A DNA stretch of 64,000 nucleotides from Vicugna vicugna (GCA_013265495.1 MU058010.1:37145-101144); one strand, 5' to 3'; positions 52,385 to 64,000 are shown, counted from the first letter of the stretch. Program-made: numbers and translations. The notes: generated by a model from the sequence alone, not told the origin.

Positions 52385-53768
52385 AACTTTTTTTAATTGA
52401 AGTATAGTCAGTTTACAATGTTGTGTCAATTTCTGGTGTACAGCATAATGTTTCAGTCATACATATACATACATATATTCCTTTTCATATACTTTTTCAT
52501 TATAGGTTACTACAAGATATTGAATATAATTCCCTGAGCTATATACAGTTAGAAACTTGTTTATCTATTTTATATATAGTAGGTAGTATCTGCAAATCTC
52601 AAATTCCCAATTTATCCCTTCCTACCTCCTTCCTCTCCTGATAACTGTAAGTTTGTTTTCTATGTCTGTGGGTCTATTTCTGTTTTGTAAATAAGTTCAT
52701 TTGAGTCTTTTTTTTTTTTTTTTTNNNNNNNNNNNNNNNNNNNNNNNNNNNNNNNNNNNNNNNNNNNNNNNNNNNTTTTTTTTTTTTTTTAGAGTCCACA
52801 TGTAAGTGGATTTTCTCCTTCTGGTTTACTTCTCTTTGAATGACAGTCTCCTGGCCCATTCGTATTGCTGTAAATGGCATATTTCATTCTTTTTTTATGG
52901 CTGAGTAGTATTTCATTGTGTAGATATACCACCACTTCTTTATCCAGTCATCTGTTGATGGACATTTAGATTGTTTCTATGTCTTGGCTATTGTAAATAT
53001 TGCTGCTATGAACTTTGGGGTGCATGCATCTTTTGAAATTGGAGTTCCCTCCAGATATACGCCCAGAGTGGGATTACTGGATCAGAAGGTAAGTCTATTT
53101 TTAGTTTTTAAAGGAAACTCCATACTGTTACCATAGTGGCTGCACTGAACTACATTCCCCCCAACAGCATTTATCATTTGTGGACTTTTGAATGATGGCC
53201 ATTCTGACTGGTGTAAGGTGATACCACATTGTAATTTTGATTTGCATTTCTCTGATAATTAGCGATGTTGAACATTTCTTAATGTGTCTATTGGCCATTT
53301 GTATTTCTTCATTGGAGAATTGCTTGTTTAGGTATTCTGCCCATTTTTGGATTGGGTTTTTTTTTTTGTTATTAAGTTGTTTGAGGTGTTTATATATTCT
53401 GGAGATTAAGCCCTTGTCAGTCACATTTTTTGCAAAAATCTCTTCCCATTCCATAGGTTGTCTTTTTGTTTTGTTTATAGTTTCTTTTGCTTTGCAAAAG
53501 CTTATCAATTTAATTAGGTCCCATTTGTTTATTTTTGTTTCTATTCTATTGTCCAGGTAGATTGCCCTAGGAGGACATTGCTAAGATTTATATCAGAAAA
53601 TGTTTTGCCTATGTTTTCTTCTAGGAGGTAATCTATTGTGTCTTGTCTTATATTTAAGACTTAAAGCCATTTTGAGTTTATTTTTGTATATGGTGTGAGG
53701 GAGTGTTCTAACTTCATTGATTTACATGAGTCTGTCCAGTTATCCCATCACCACTTGCTGAAGAGACT
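52385..53768 (-). mobile_element. 5'-truncated L1 (ORF2 C-terminus and 3' UTR)
   Basis: ORF 53128-53508 translates as the L1 ORF2 C-terminal region ([24 protein letters not shown]...). Contains an assembly gap. Confidence 0.9.
52725..52775. other. Assembly gap (51 N) inside a poly(T) run
   Basis: N characters flanked by T homopolymers. Confidence 0.99.
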
Positions 53769-54642
53769 TACTTATTTTAAACGCAGTAAAGAATTCAACT
53801 GTATAACAAGTCTCTGTGTGTCTTATTATTTCTTTGACTGCAGGCCTGGTTAAATGGTTTATCCTTTCTTGTTCTCACAGATGTTCAAGAAATATTTTGG
53901 TAGAGCATCTTTGAGCTTCTACACATCCAGATATGGAATTGCTGGGTTATAGGTACATGCACCTTCAGCATTACTAGATAACTTCCAAGCTGCTGTCCAA
54001 ACTGGCCATACCGGTTTTGCACTCCTATCATCTATGTGGAAATCCCTATAGTTTGGCCAAAACATGGAATTTCGTAATATTTGCCAGATTGATGCGGGTG
54101 AAATGGTATCTCATGAAAATGTTTGACATTATAAAAAAACTGAATGGGGATGATCCATCCTTTCCCTCAGCTTTCACAACTTACTCTCTTGTATAGTCAA
54201 GAGTGAACCCTCAAAAGGATTGCACTACTATTGTCTGGATGTTGAGACTGAACAGAAATGATAAAGGAAAGAAACATATTCCTGGATTCCAAGCTTCTCC
54301 AGGCCTGCCTTTTGTTTTATTCAACTTTGTCCCAGCCCTGGGCACCGAGCCTGGCACAAGATAGCATTTCCAAAATTGTTGACTCAGTAGAGTAAATCAT
54401 ATTCTTCTGGTTAGGGCATCAGAATGAGGGGCAGTGTATGCTGTTGTGAGGTTTAAATAATAATTGCAAATAAAATGTACTTAAAAATGTGAAATTTAGA
54501 CAACACTATTATTTTCACAGGTGCGTTGTAGTTGTAAAGAATTTCTATGAGGAAAATTTCAGCATGCTCTATGTAAAGCTTGAAAACTAATTTTAATAGC
54601 TCCTACTTATTTATACTTACTACTTTCTATATGCCAGGGACC

Positions 54643-55132
54643 TGAGAAAGAAAAGGTCACCCCTTGACATCAGGGAACTAGTTGGCAGTTCCAGTTGGGC
54701 CTTGGTGTTTCTAGAAGCTGGCCTGACACTCACAGATAGGCCCTCTTTTCCTCTCATGGACACAACCATCTCACAGAACAAAGTTGGTGGGCAAACCCCA
54801 ATATACCAAAACTCCCAAGACAGTATGAATGACTGCTCCTCCTTTGTCAGTTATAGCTTTAACCTCATTCTTTAGCCTGCCATCCTTCTAGGTAAGATTC
54901 ATTAAGGTGCCCAATCATCGAACTGTCCAATTCCTGACAGCATTGAAATCCAGAGTAATCCTTCTCACTCTGCTTCCAAGGAGTCTTCCAAAATCACCTA
55001 ACCAAAGTCCAAAACCTTTTAAGTCCTTCTAACACACTCTTACAGAGAAACCCATGTTCCCTTTATGAATTATAAAACTCCACTCCAACTACAGGTGTTC
55101 CTCCTGGTGGTCTTTGGTGTGAGGGGCTTTCA
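54643..55132 (+). mobile_element. Old ERV1-type LTR (MER34/MER4-group-like) nested in a MIR
   Basis: TG...CA termini and a 3' end caggtgttcc...tggtggtctttgg typical of that group. Flanked by MIR-like halves. Confidence 0.5.
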
Positions 55133-56239
55133 TGATCATTTCTTTACATAGGAAATGCTATCTTATTTAAGTCTGACAATACTCCTGTTTGTTAGGTAGT
55201 ATTATCACCCCCTTTTTGCATATGGAAAGGCAAAGAAAGAAATTGTAACATCACTTCTGACATCACATAGCTAGTAAGTAACAGGAATAAAATTTGCATC
55301 TGGGTCTAATGGTCCTCAATACATAGGAACTACTTACAGTTCTCCTGACCTTTCTGTTCTCCTGGACTTTCCCCTAAAGATTAGGTGCTCTTTGAGGACT
55401 GAGACTGGCACTGAAAGTTTGATACAGTAAAAAGAAATAAATATTAAAAAAAACCCCAACAAAACCCCAAACAAACCTGAAAACTGTAAAGCCTTAGTTG
55501 AAACTAAGGCTCATTTTCTCACTCTCTGTTAGTCTCTTGAGTTCTTAAGAGTTGTTCCTTGTACCCAAATCAGTACTGCATGTTTATCCACACCACCTCC
55601 ATGTAGTCAGAAGATGGATAACTTTAGAAAATAGTTCAAAAGGAAAGGTTACTTTGAAAGAGGAAAAAAAAGCACACTTATATGTGGGCAAAGTGCTTTA
55701 GCCTTGTAGCTTGACCTTGGCTATACACAATAAATTCTTCTGAATGGTTTCAGCTTAAGGCCTTCATTATATTCCCTTGACGGTTTTTCAGCTCTTTGCT
55801 CTTGACTCCTCTTGGCCTTCCTCCTGCCAGGAATGCCTTTTATCTTAAAGTCCCACCACTCTTTTCTGTCCAGAGAAAAATCTGTGCATCCTTCGTTTTG
55901 TCTTTCCAGATCCCCTCTTCAGATTTAATACTTTCCCCTTTTGTTCTCTATGAACTTTTAGAATAACTGTTATAACATTTACATTACTTTGTTATTTGTG
56001 TAAGGATTTGTGAATCACTTAATCACTTTGGACTGTCAGCTCCTTAAAGGCATAGTCTAGCGCTGCCTGATTTTGGGGGGGACGTCTCTGCCACTCCTGA
56101 GCGGGCTCCCAGCACTTAAGCACTAGGCAGGCGCTCAATTTATGGAGAAAAGCATCCTTTTGGGCGTTGTGGGCGCTGTGGTTCTCTCCAGCCCAGCACC
56201 CCTTTAATCACAGTTCCTAGAACTCCTTTTCCCAATGGC

Positions 56240-57180
56240 CATCGCACGGGGCCCCCCGACATGTGCAGAGAGAGTTAGCTTAGCGCGGCTCCCATGGTGG
56301 TGGCCTCCCAGGTTGGCGGGAACCCGCGCTCCAAATTCTCAATAGACCCAGACAAGCGACTTCCCGGTAAATTCTCCGCGCTTCACCAAATGCGATCCCA
56401 CCCTCTGCCTTTAAGGCGGCGGCCTGGCCCGCCAGTGGCTCGAGCGGTGAAACGAACGGGCCGAATAGCCAATCACGTTTCCATTCTCCCGGAAGGGGCG
56501 GATCCCAGGGGGTTGTCACCGATCGGGCGGTGCGGGATTGGCGGGTCCCCGGCGCTCTGCGGCGGCGGGAGTTTTCGGTTGTGTTGGCAGCGGCCCCGCA
56601 GGCAGCAGTTGGGCTGAACCCGGCTGGTGGCGGCGGAACTGCGGACCCGCGGACCCCTGGCTCCTGCCTGTGGCCTGCAGAGCTCCTGCTTCCTCTCCGC
56701 CCTCCAGCCCCGCGGAGCTGCTTGGAAGGATGGAACGGCACCGGCCACGGCTGCATCACCCGGCGCAGGGCTCGGCCGCCGGGGGCTCCTACCCCTCCTC
56801 CGCCTCGCTTCGCGGCTGCCGGGACGGCAAGATGCCGCGCAGGAAGGGCCCCCAGCACCCTCCGCCGCCCCGCGGCCCCGAGGAGCCCGGCGAGAAGCGC
56901 CCCAAGTTTGTAAGTTTGGCCTGGAGCTGGGGTGGGGTCGCTCTCAACGTGCCCACGGGCTGCCTCAGTCCCGGGTCCTTCACTTTTCATTCAGCTGGCT
57001 GACAGCGTGGGTGGGGGTGGGGGTGTTCACAGTGCTTAACTGGGGGCGGTATTTTGTTCTAGATGTCAGAGCTGCCAATCTTTTCATACAACAGGGTCCA
57101 GTTCTATGTGGACCCTTTGACTGAGACGCTGATCGTTGTGTTGCCGCAAATTTTTTTTAAGGCTGCCGCGAAAAGCAGTC
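56240..57180 (+). promoter_or_regulatory. CpG island / DIAPH3 promoter and 5' UTR
   Basis: Abrupt CpG- and GC-rich stretch in otherwise CpG-depleted DNA. Motifs: CCAAT 56469-56473, inverted ATTGG 56537-56541, E2F-like TTGGCGGGAA 56313-56322, ETS-like CCGGAAG 56489-56495, GC box GGGGCGGA 56495-56502. No obvious TATA box. Confidence 0.88.
56730..56909 (+). CDS. DIAPH3: Protein diaphanous homolog 3 (formin mDia2), first coding exon (60 codons, phase-0 intron follows)
   Basis: ATG at 56730 in strong Kozak context (aggATGg). The translation MERHRPRLHHPAQGSAAGGSYPSSASLRGCRDGKMPRRKGPQHPPPPRGPEEPGEKRPKF matches the recalled human DIAPH3 N-terminus (MERHQPRLHHPAQGSAAG...MPRRKGPQHPPPPSGPEEPGEKRPKF). 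Canonical donor GTAAGT at 56910. A second in-frame ATG (MPRRK) lies at 56832. Exon 2 was not seen in the window. Confidence 0.95.
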
Positions 57181-58317
57181 AAATAAGTATTGACGTCACC
57201 TAGATGGACATTGCATTTTTTAAGTTAAACTTTTCCTTTCCCCGCTAGCGTCTGAGGGCATGAGACATATCAAAGTGAACTTTTAGGTGGTGGTATTTCT
57301 TTTTCTGCTTAATTTAATCCAAGAAGAACTTTAAAAAGTTGGTTATAATTTTCCAAGTCGAACAGCTCGTTTCAAAACTTGGCGGGCCATGTAGTCACTG
57401 CTAAGGAATGTTTCCTTTAGACTGGAAAGAAGTCTAAGTATTTGAAACCCTCTATTCTTGTTGCTTCTCTTACTCACTGTAACCGTCAAGGGAAATGTCA
57501 TGATTAGCACCTTGTAAATCTTTTTGTTGGCATTAACTAATGAAAGAATAGGCAGTGAGGAAGATTGTTTTGGTGAGTGTGTGTAAATAAATCACATAGA
57601 GGGTTGATTTGAAGTGAGACCAACAGAACTGAAAATTTAATATTGACTCCCTCTCCATTTTACTTAGGAGTATGGAAAAACATTTTAGTCATAGGTGAAA
57701 TTTTACAGTACAGCATGTGCCTTCTGTGAACATATGAAAGTTGTTAGAAATCTAAATCAAGATACACCAATTAAGGGAATAAAGGCTTGTAGAGGGGGAG
57801 TGATTTGCTATCTAGCGGTTAAAATGATAGATGAATAAAACTGAGTGCAGAGCTACGAGATGTATCCTAATACTGAAAATGAGGGACCGCATGGGTTAAT
57901 TATGCAAATTTAGGTCTTATGATGGCCATAGGAATGGTGACATTTTGCAGGAGGATCAACTAGTTTGTTGATTGTTATCTTGACAGAGTGGAGGAATAAT
58001 TAGGATGGGGTAGATTGGCAGTGAAAGGTTCTACCCCACAGGAGAAAGATCCACTGGGCAATGACTTTTTTTCCTTTTACAGTTTACTCTCTTTGTTAAT
58101 GTTGTCATTTTATTTTGTCTCTGAGTTTTGTGCTCCAGAGTACATGAGGTATAGTTTTCTGTGACTCACTCTTCACAAGGAGGTCATGAAAACAGAACCT
58201 AAATTAATATTTAGGTTTAGTTTCCTTGAAGGATGTATTAGGTGCTGTGGGTTTAGTGTCTGTGCTGTTTTTCATTTCTTGTTATGTTAGAAGAGTTATT
58301 GTAAAAATGTATGTTAA

Positions 58318-58445
58318 GGGTGTAGGGTATAGCTCAGTGGTAGAGCATACGCTTAGCATGTATGAGGTCCTGGGTTCAATCCCCAGTACCTCCATTAAAA
58401 TACACACACACACACCTCTCCCTCTACCCAAAAATAGTTTAAAAA
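58318..58445 (+). mobile_element. tRNA-Ala-derived SINE (Vic-1 type) in DIAPH3 intron 1
   Basis: Same head. TSD-like aaaatgtatgttaa / aaaaggtatgttaa. Confidence 0.88.
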
Positions 58446-58735
58446 AAAGGTATGTTAAAAGGGTTATTGTAAAGATGTTAAGACATCTAAAGACAGTACT
58501 CTTAAGTCCCAAAACTAATAAACATATCTAAAATACTGTGTGTGTGTTTAGATAGGGGTCTGATTTGAATCATGAATTTAATTTGGAAGTAATACGGAGT
58601 CTTTGTAATCTAATTTAGATTATTGCTTGCATGGTAATTTCTTGGTATTTTCCATTTCACTAATTCTGTCATCAGCTATATCTATTCTGTTTAACTTTTT
58701 CTGAATTTTTGAGGTATCAGTTATTTTTTATTTCT

Positions 58736-58783
58736 TTTCTTTTCAACATTTTTATTGATTTATAATCATTTTACAATGTTGTG
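58736..58783 (-). mobile_element. Ultra-short (~48 bp) L1 3'-tail insertion
   Basis: catttttattgatttataatcattttacaatgttgtg matches the young L1 tail. TSD tcagttattttttatttct (58717-58735) / tcagttatttttttatttct (58784-58803). Confidence 0.8.
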
Positions 58784-60022
58784 TCAGTTATTTTTTTATT
58801 TCTACAAGTTACATTTGCTTCTTTTTCAAATCTGCCTGGTAATCCCTGATACTCTTTGTTTCTTATTTTTATTTCTTTAGACATTTCCTCCTTGGCTCTT
58901 CTTATTTGGCAGTTCTGGTTTGTGCAGTCTTTGGTCTATGTACATTGACTTGCACTCACGGTGGCTTGGTGCCTTCTCTGTACTTGTTAAGAATTTGTGA
59001 TTTCATCACTTTGTCTTAACCTATCTTCTAGGAGGCCTAATTGAGGAGGCTTTTCTCTGGAAATTATTTGAATCTGTTTCCACCAGGAGCCTGGGGGTGC
59101 CACTTCCCTATTGAACTAGACTCTTAGATGGAATGGAGTTCCAGGCTTAGCTCTAACTCTGTTCCTGGCCCAGGCTTAGTATTCCAATGTCAAGGCTACC
59201 TTCTGAGCAGCTGTTCCCAATCTGCCTACTTCTCACTGTTTACAGTCCCACTCCAGTAATACTTGTCTGTGGCATGGAGGGTGATCTTTGGAGACCACCC
59301 CCTCCTCATAAAATCTTAGCAGTGGCTCAAAAAGTGATTGTTCTGTCGTTCAGTCTACTTTACTGCTGGATGTCAGGTCAGTTCTTGGCTTTCTCTTGAT
59401 TTGGGATGAAGTGATACTAGCTTGAATCTCCTCGAGTCACCTAGTATTTGGGTCACCTAGTTGCCAGGGGCAGCTGCTTCTGACTGAAACCAGTAATGCA
59501 GGTTGGTGATCAGACAGGAGTAGGGATAATATAGATGTTTGGTCTTTGCACACTACGAAGCTGCAAGCTGGTAATGAAACTGAGGGCTAAACTGGCCACT
59601 GGCTCCTGTCTTAGTGTAAGAAGGCTGGAGCCCGGGTCTCCACCGAAACCCTGTTTTACTTTGAATCTGGATAAAGCAGACAAACAAGCCCTTGTTTTCT
59701 ACTGCATGTATAGTTGTGAGCCTCGAGTTACTTTTGAATGGTGTATAGAAGTCTGTAACAGAACTTCTGCCCGTAGATTTGTGTAAGTAGTAGAAATTAG
59801 TCTATTATAAATGTAGGATAGTTTGGCTGCATAGTGAATCAGCTTCTTTTGGGCTGCTTGCGAACAAACCAACTTGGTTTCAGCAGAAAATAAGGCAAAG
59901 TGTGTGTGTATTAAATTACTGTGGATAGTTACTGGCAGATGGGATACAACCAGTGGAGGCTTGGGAGGACAAGGCAGGTAACAGGGTGAAGACTCTGTGA
60001 AGGTAAATAGAATTCAGTGGAC

Positions 60023-60585
60023 CGTTAAACTTGGTACCTGTACTAGGTCACATCATCAGTACCTGGACCCAAGTCTTATCTTACCTGAAAGATAAGAATT
60101 CAGATGAGAGACGGAGCGTTGTGTAGCGAAAGATTTTAAAGGATTTATTAGCAAAGGGAAAATACACCTCTAATAGCGGGAAGTGGGCTGGTCCAAGGGC
60201 GCATAGCAATGGTCTTTGTCACTTCTCTTATCCCCTTGCTTAGAGGTGGTCTCTTGATTGATTGATCGGCTCTTGTGCCTGAGTGCTTAGTCATGCCGTC
60301 CCCTTTTGCTCATGTCCTTACCCATGATGCACACAGAGAAACCCATGGGTGGGGAGCTAAACCGCAATGCTAATTATATTACAATGAGCACTGGGTCATG
60401 TCTGGTTAGGTCCTTTTGCTACAGCACAGTCACGGCTGTTGGGTTCTGACTGGTTTCTTGCTGGCTCTCATTTACAAGAAGTAAAACCCCTTTATGCTGG
60501 AGGCGGGCATACCTCCATCTCCTGGATCATCCTCCCTCTCCTCCACCTGTCTGCCTGGTTCCCCGACCTTTCTAACTACCTAACA
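60023..60585 (-). mobile_element. Solo ERV LTR in DIAPH3 intron 1, antisense to the gene
   Basis: 4-bp TSD GGAC (60019-60022 / 60586-60589). Shares aagataagaattcagatg..., cttagaggtggtctcttgatt..., ctaactacctaac with 46792-47347. Confidence 0.85.
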
Positions 60586-60999
60586 GGACAAAACAAAACA
60601 GTGTCCTAGTCATCATGCAAAGGCTTTCAATGATCGTGGGCAGAGGATCCACTTCTCTTAGAAATGCACAGGACACGCAGTGGAGGCCACCAGATCCAGG
60701 GTGAGAGCAGGATGTGAGGCTGCTGGAGAGGTCTCCAGCTTTAGGATGTGCGCCAGTCCTTTGAAAGAAGGCCTGTTAATTCCCTGTTCCAAGTTAGCAG
60801 AGTAGCTCTTCTTTTTCATTAGGAACATCTTTTAAAAGTTCTCACAGACTTTACCATAAATCTCACATCTGATCTTATGATTTCCATCGTATAGAGTGCT
60901 GCTTATTGTCTAATTATGTCATTACTATACCCTCAGTTTTGGTTGTGAGAGGTTTTTCACCCTGTCCATTAACATCTGTATGTCTACTGTGTTTGGTCA

Positions 61000-61270
61000 T
61001 TGTTAGTGATAACAGTTAACCTTTGTGAAGGAGCCATGTAGGTGTGTGTAGGTTTTTTTTTTTTTTTTAATAAATATCAACTCCTTTGATCCTTGCAACA
61101 ACCCTGTGAGGTAGGTAGTATTAATTAGCCTTGTTTGCTAGAAGGGCAGATGAAGGCACAGAGGTTAAATTGCCTTGGGTCACACTGCTGCCCACTGGAG
61201 AGGCTGGGATTTGAACCAAGGCAGCTAGTCCCAGAGTTCACATCCTTGGTCACTGTCCTGTATGACTCCC
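61000..61270 (-). mobile_element. MIR SINE
   Basis: caacaaccctgtgaggtaggtagtatt...gaaggcacagaggttaaattgcc...ggatttgaacc core. Confidence 0.7.
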
Positions 61271-61515
61271 ATGCTAGTGGGAGTTTTACTCTTTACTGTT
61301 TCTTTTTTCATTCTGGAACCATTAGCAATAGTTATTAATGCCTTTAACGAATATAGAATTAGTGATTTCCTGATTAGAGGTGAGTTGTGAGGTGGAAAGG
61401 GGTATACAGTTGGAAAGCTTTTGCTTATTGTGCTGGGGTCTTGAGAGTTGAAATCGGATTGCATTTGAAAATAGTACACCCTTGCCTCATTGCTCTGGGC
61501 TTGTCTGGAGGGAGG

Positions 61516-61958
61516 TGTGGTAGGCTGATTAATGATCCCCAAAAGGTAGTCACGGCTTAACTCCCAGAACCTGTGAATGTTACTGTGTATGACAGAGAAG
61601 GCCATTACAGGCATGATTAAATTAAAGCCTTTAAAATGGGGGAGATTATCATGGGTTATCAGGGTGGACCCTAAATGCAAACACTTTTCCGTATAAAAGA
61701 GAGACAGAGCGAGATTTGACTACAGAAAGGGAGCAGCTGAGGTGACCACAAGGCAGAGATTGGAGCTGTAGCCATGTGCCAAAGAACGCTGGCAGTCATC
61801 AGAAACTGGAAGAGGCAAGGCACTGTTCTCCCGTAGAGTCTCTGGAGGGAGATCGGCCCTGCTGACACCTTGATTTTAGCCCAGGTGAATACATTTCTGT
61901 TGTTTTAAGCCATTAGGTTTGTGGTAATTTGTTACAGCAACCTTAAGAAACTGATAGC
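61516..61958 (+). mobile_element. MaLR (MLT1-type) LTR
   Basis: tgtggtaggctgattaatgatcccc...gtggtaatttgttacagcaacc..agaaactgata. Confidence 0.75.
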
Positions 61959-62414
61959 AAGTACAGCTGTGAGGATGACCACATTGAAAGGTTTGGTTGC
62001 ACAGTTTACAAGTGTACATTTTAGGAGAGCCATCAGAGCCATTTAAATCTCTTGTGGTACCATTTTATTTTGAAAGGTTTGTGGTTTGGGTGAATGTAAA
62101 ATAACCACAGTTTGGTTTCCTGGAGTAACAACTAGAACCTTCATTTATCTTGCTGTGCTGTATCATTTTCATCATTGCTTTAAAGCCAAGAAAAGGTGGA
62201 GGTGATTTCTATGTGCTCTTTTTGAATGTATTTCTTCACTGAGTCCTCAGCTGAAGTGATGCTTTTAGTTGTCCTAAAATGTCAAGAATTGGAGATAGTG
62301 TTCTTAGTTGAAGGCTCTGGCACCTGAGTTTTATTCATGTCAAAATTCCACCTAACCCATCAGACACTGAAACTTTTATAAGGTAAAAATCACTTCATTC
62401 AGGCCATTGATCTA

Positions 62415-62716
62415 AGTATAATCGTACTTCGGTATCCAGAGAGGATTGGTTCCAAGACCCTCCTTGGATGCTAAAATCCATGGATGCTCAGGTCCCTTAT
62501 AAAAAGTGGCATAGTATTTGCATATAACCTATGCACATCGTCCATTAAATCATCTCTAGATTACTTATAATACCTAATACACTGTAAATGCTATGTAAAT
62601 AGTGTGCTGGTGTGTGGCAAATTCAAGTTTTGCTTTTTGGAAACTTCTGAATTTATTTTCCCTAAATACTTGATCTGTGGTTGGTTGAATCCTGTGGATA
62701 CATAGGGTTGAATGTA
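62415..62716 (+). mobile_element. MER2-like Tigger element
   Basis: cggtatcc...ggattggttccaagaccc...ggatgctcaggtcccttataaaaagtggcatagtatttgcatataacc. Confidence 0.7.
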
Positions 62717-64000
62717 AATCGCTTTGAATCATCCCAGGCTTTCTTTTCTTTCTATCCTTCTAACAGAGAGAATAAGCTTACTTTTGTCTATTAATATATG
62801 ATCTATCAAAAGAAACAACATATATCAAGTGGCTTTCGGGGAGTACATTTACCTCCTGAAAATAGACGATGTATGGTTTATATTACCTCTGGATCACTCT
62901 AGATTTTTTCTTTGTGAGTAAAAAGGAATGGGAGCAGGGATGATTGTCTTAGATTTAGAGCAAGTCTTAATTGCTTGTTTTTTTCAAAGACTCATGTCTT
63001 TAATTATGAAGCAAGCAAACTGACATACATTTATTGCACTGTGAATGCTTGCATCTCATCTAGTCTGTCTTGTAGCAATTGCCTCTGAACAGATGTTACC
63101 TGAAACACCTTTGTGCAGTTGGTAGAATGCTTAAAATTTGTCATGCTTTTATTATTGTTGTCTTAAATTAACTCTCCTTTATGGCATAACTTTATTGCTG
63201 TGTCCTAGACTCTGTATATATTTATTGCCTTATAAATTGGATTTAAAATTGGCTTTTTATATAGAATGTAAATGAACATGTGTATAACTTGTTTATGCTT
63301 GCAGAATAATACAAGAAAAAACTGCTATGTATTACACTAATGTAATTGTCTTTAACTCAGCACATAGTATCCTCCAAACTGGGAATGAAATGAATGATAC
63401 AAAATATGCTTACCATCACACTCTGCTTGTTTATCCCAGAAACTAATTTGACTTTTAGATCTATAAAATATAGATTAAGCATAACCTTTTACTTCATGGG
63501 ATATTAAGGATCAAGCATGAGCTTTCTTTGAACAGGATCTACAAAGGTAGCTTTCTCTCAGTAGCGGCAGGGTGGCATTGAAATACCTTTCCTCTGGGAG
63601 TAATTTTCTCGAATAGCAAATCAAATAATCATTATTAACTTGGGGAGAATTTGAGTTTCACTAAGATAAGTTTTGGTGCTGGAATATTCAATTACTAGCT
63701 AATTAATGAAAATCACATGGAAATGCTTGTCATAGATTTTATTTTTCAAAAGATCCACTGCTATCCTCTCTCACAGTTTTTTTGTATGAGATATAAGAGG
63801 CATTATAAATAATACTTGTGAACAATGACTTGCACCACACTTAGGGCTTGAATTCCAGCTATGTCGCTTATTAGCTGTGTGAGTTTGGGTGAGTTACTTG
63901 ACCTCTCTCTGTGTCTGTTTCCTCATGTGTAGAATGGGGTTTTTGGGAAGAGGAAAAGTTAGTGTGATGGGCTGTAATGGCACTGTAACATCTATGTAAA

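Larger units (their letters stand above)
56910..64000 (+). other. DIAPH3: DIAPH3 intron 1 (5' part)
   Basis: Starts at the GTAAGT donor. No sequence encoding the expected next peptide (HLNIRTLTDDM) was noticed, and the region is filled with repeats. Confidence 0.8.

Noticed and set aside
56280..57124. Multiple long overlapping ORFs in the CpG island (e.g. 236 aa on -)
   Set aside because: Stop-codon scarcity is expected in GC-rich DNA. Only the 56730-56909 frame matches a known protein.
46792..60585. A single provirus bounded by the two related LTRs
   Set aside because: Each LTR has its own distinct TSD, and the interval holds host DIAPH3 sequence with no gag/pol/env.
1..64000. CRISPR arrays, operons or other prokaryotic systems
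   Set aside because: The sequence is clearly mammalian, and no regularly spaced repeat-spacer array was seen.

Overview
Mammalian genomic DNA, most likely camelid: it carries seven tRNA-Ala-derived Vic-1-type SINEs and young L1s sharing one tail. About 56 kb is repeat-rich intergenic sequence. A CpG-island promoter and the first coding exon of DIAPH3 follow (+ strand, CDS 56730-56909, MERHRPRLHHPAQGSAAGGSYPSSASLRGCRDGKMPRRKGPQHPPPPRGPEEPGEKRPKF, then GTAAGT), and the window ends about 7 kb into intron 1. Other contents are a near full-length but disrupted L1 (15614-22750, - strand), an internally deleted older L1, an RPL23A processed pseudogene inserted in an L1, several solo ERV1 LTRs with target-site duplications (one MER41-like), and MaLR, MIR, L2 and DNA-transposon relics. 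The most unusual item is a heavily degraded ~2 kb minus-strand reading frame (about 26800-30250, split by the L1/RPL23A insertion). Its manual translation shows motifs in the order expected for a CGGBP1-type hAT transposase. Also notable are an apparent L1 3' transduction, a 91-bp local inverted duplication and a 49-bp dispersed direct duplication. All family names are from recognition by eye, not database searches.
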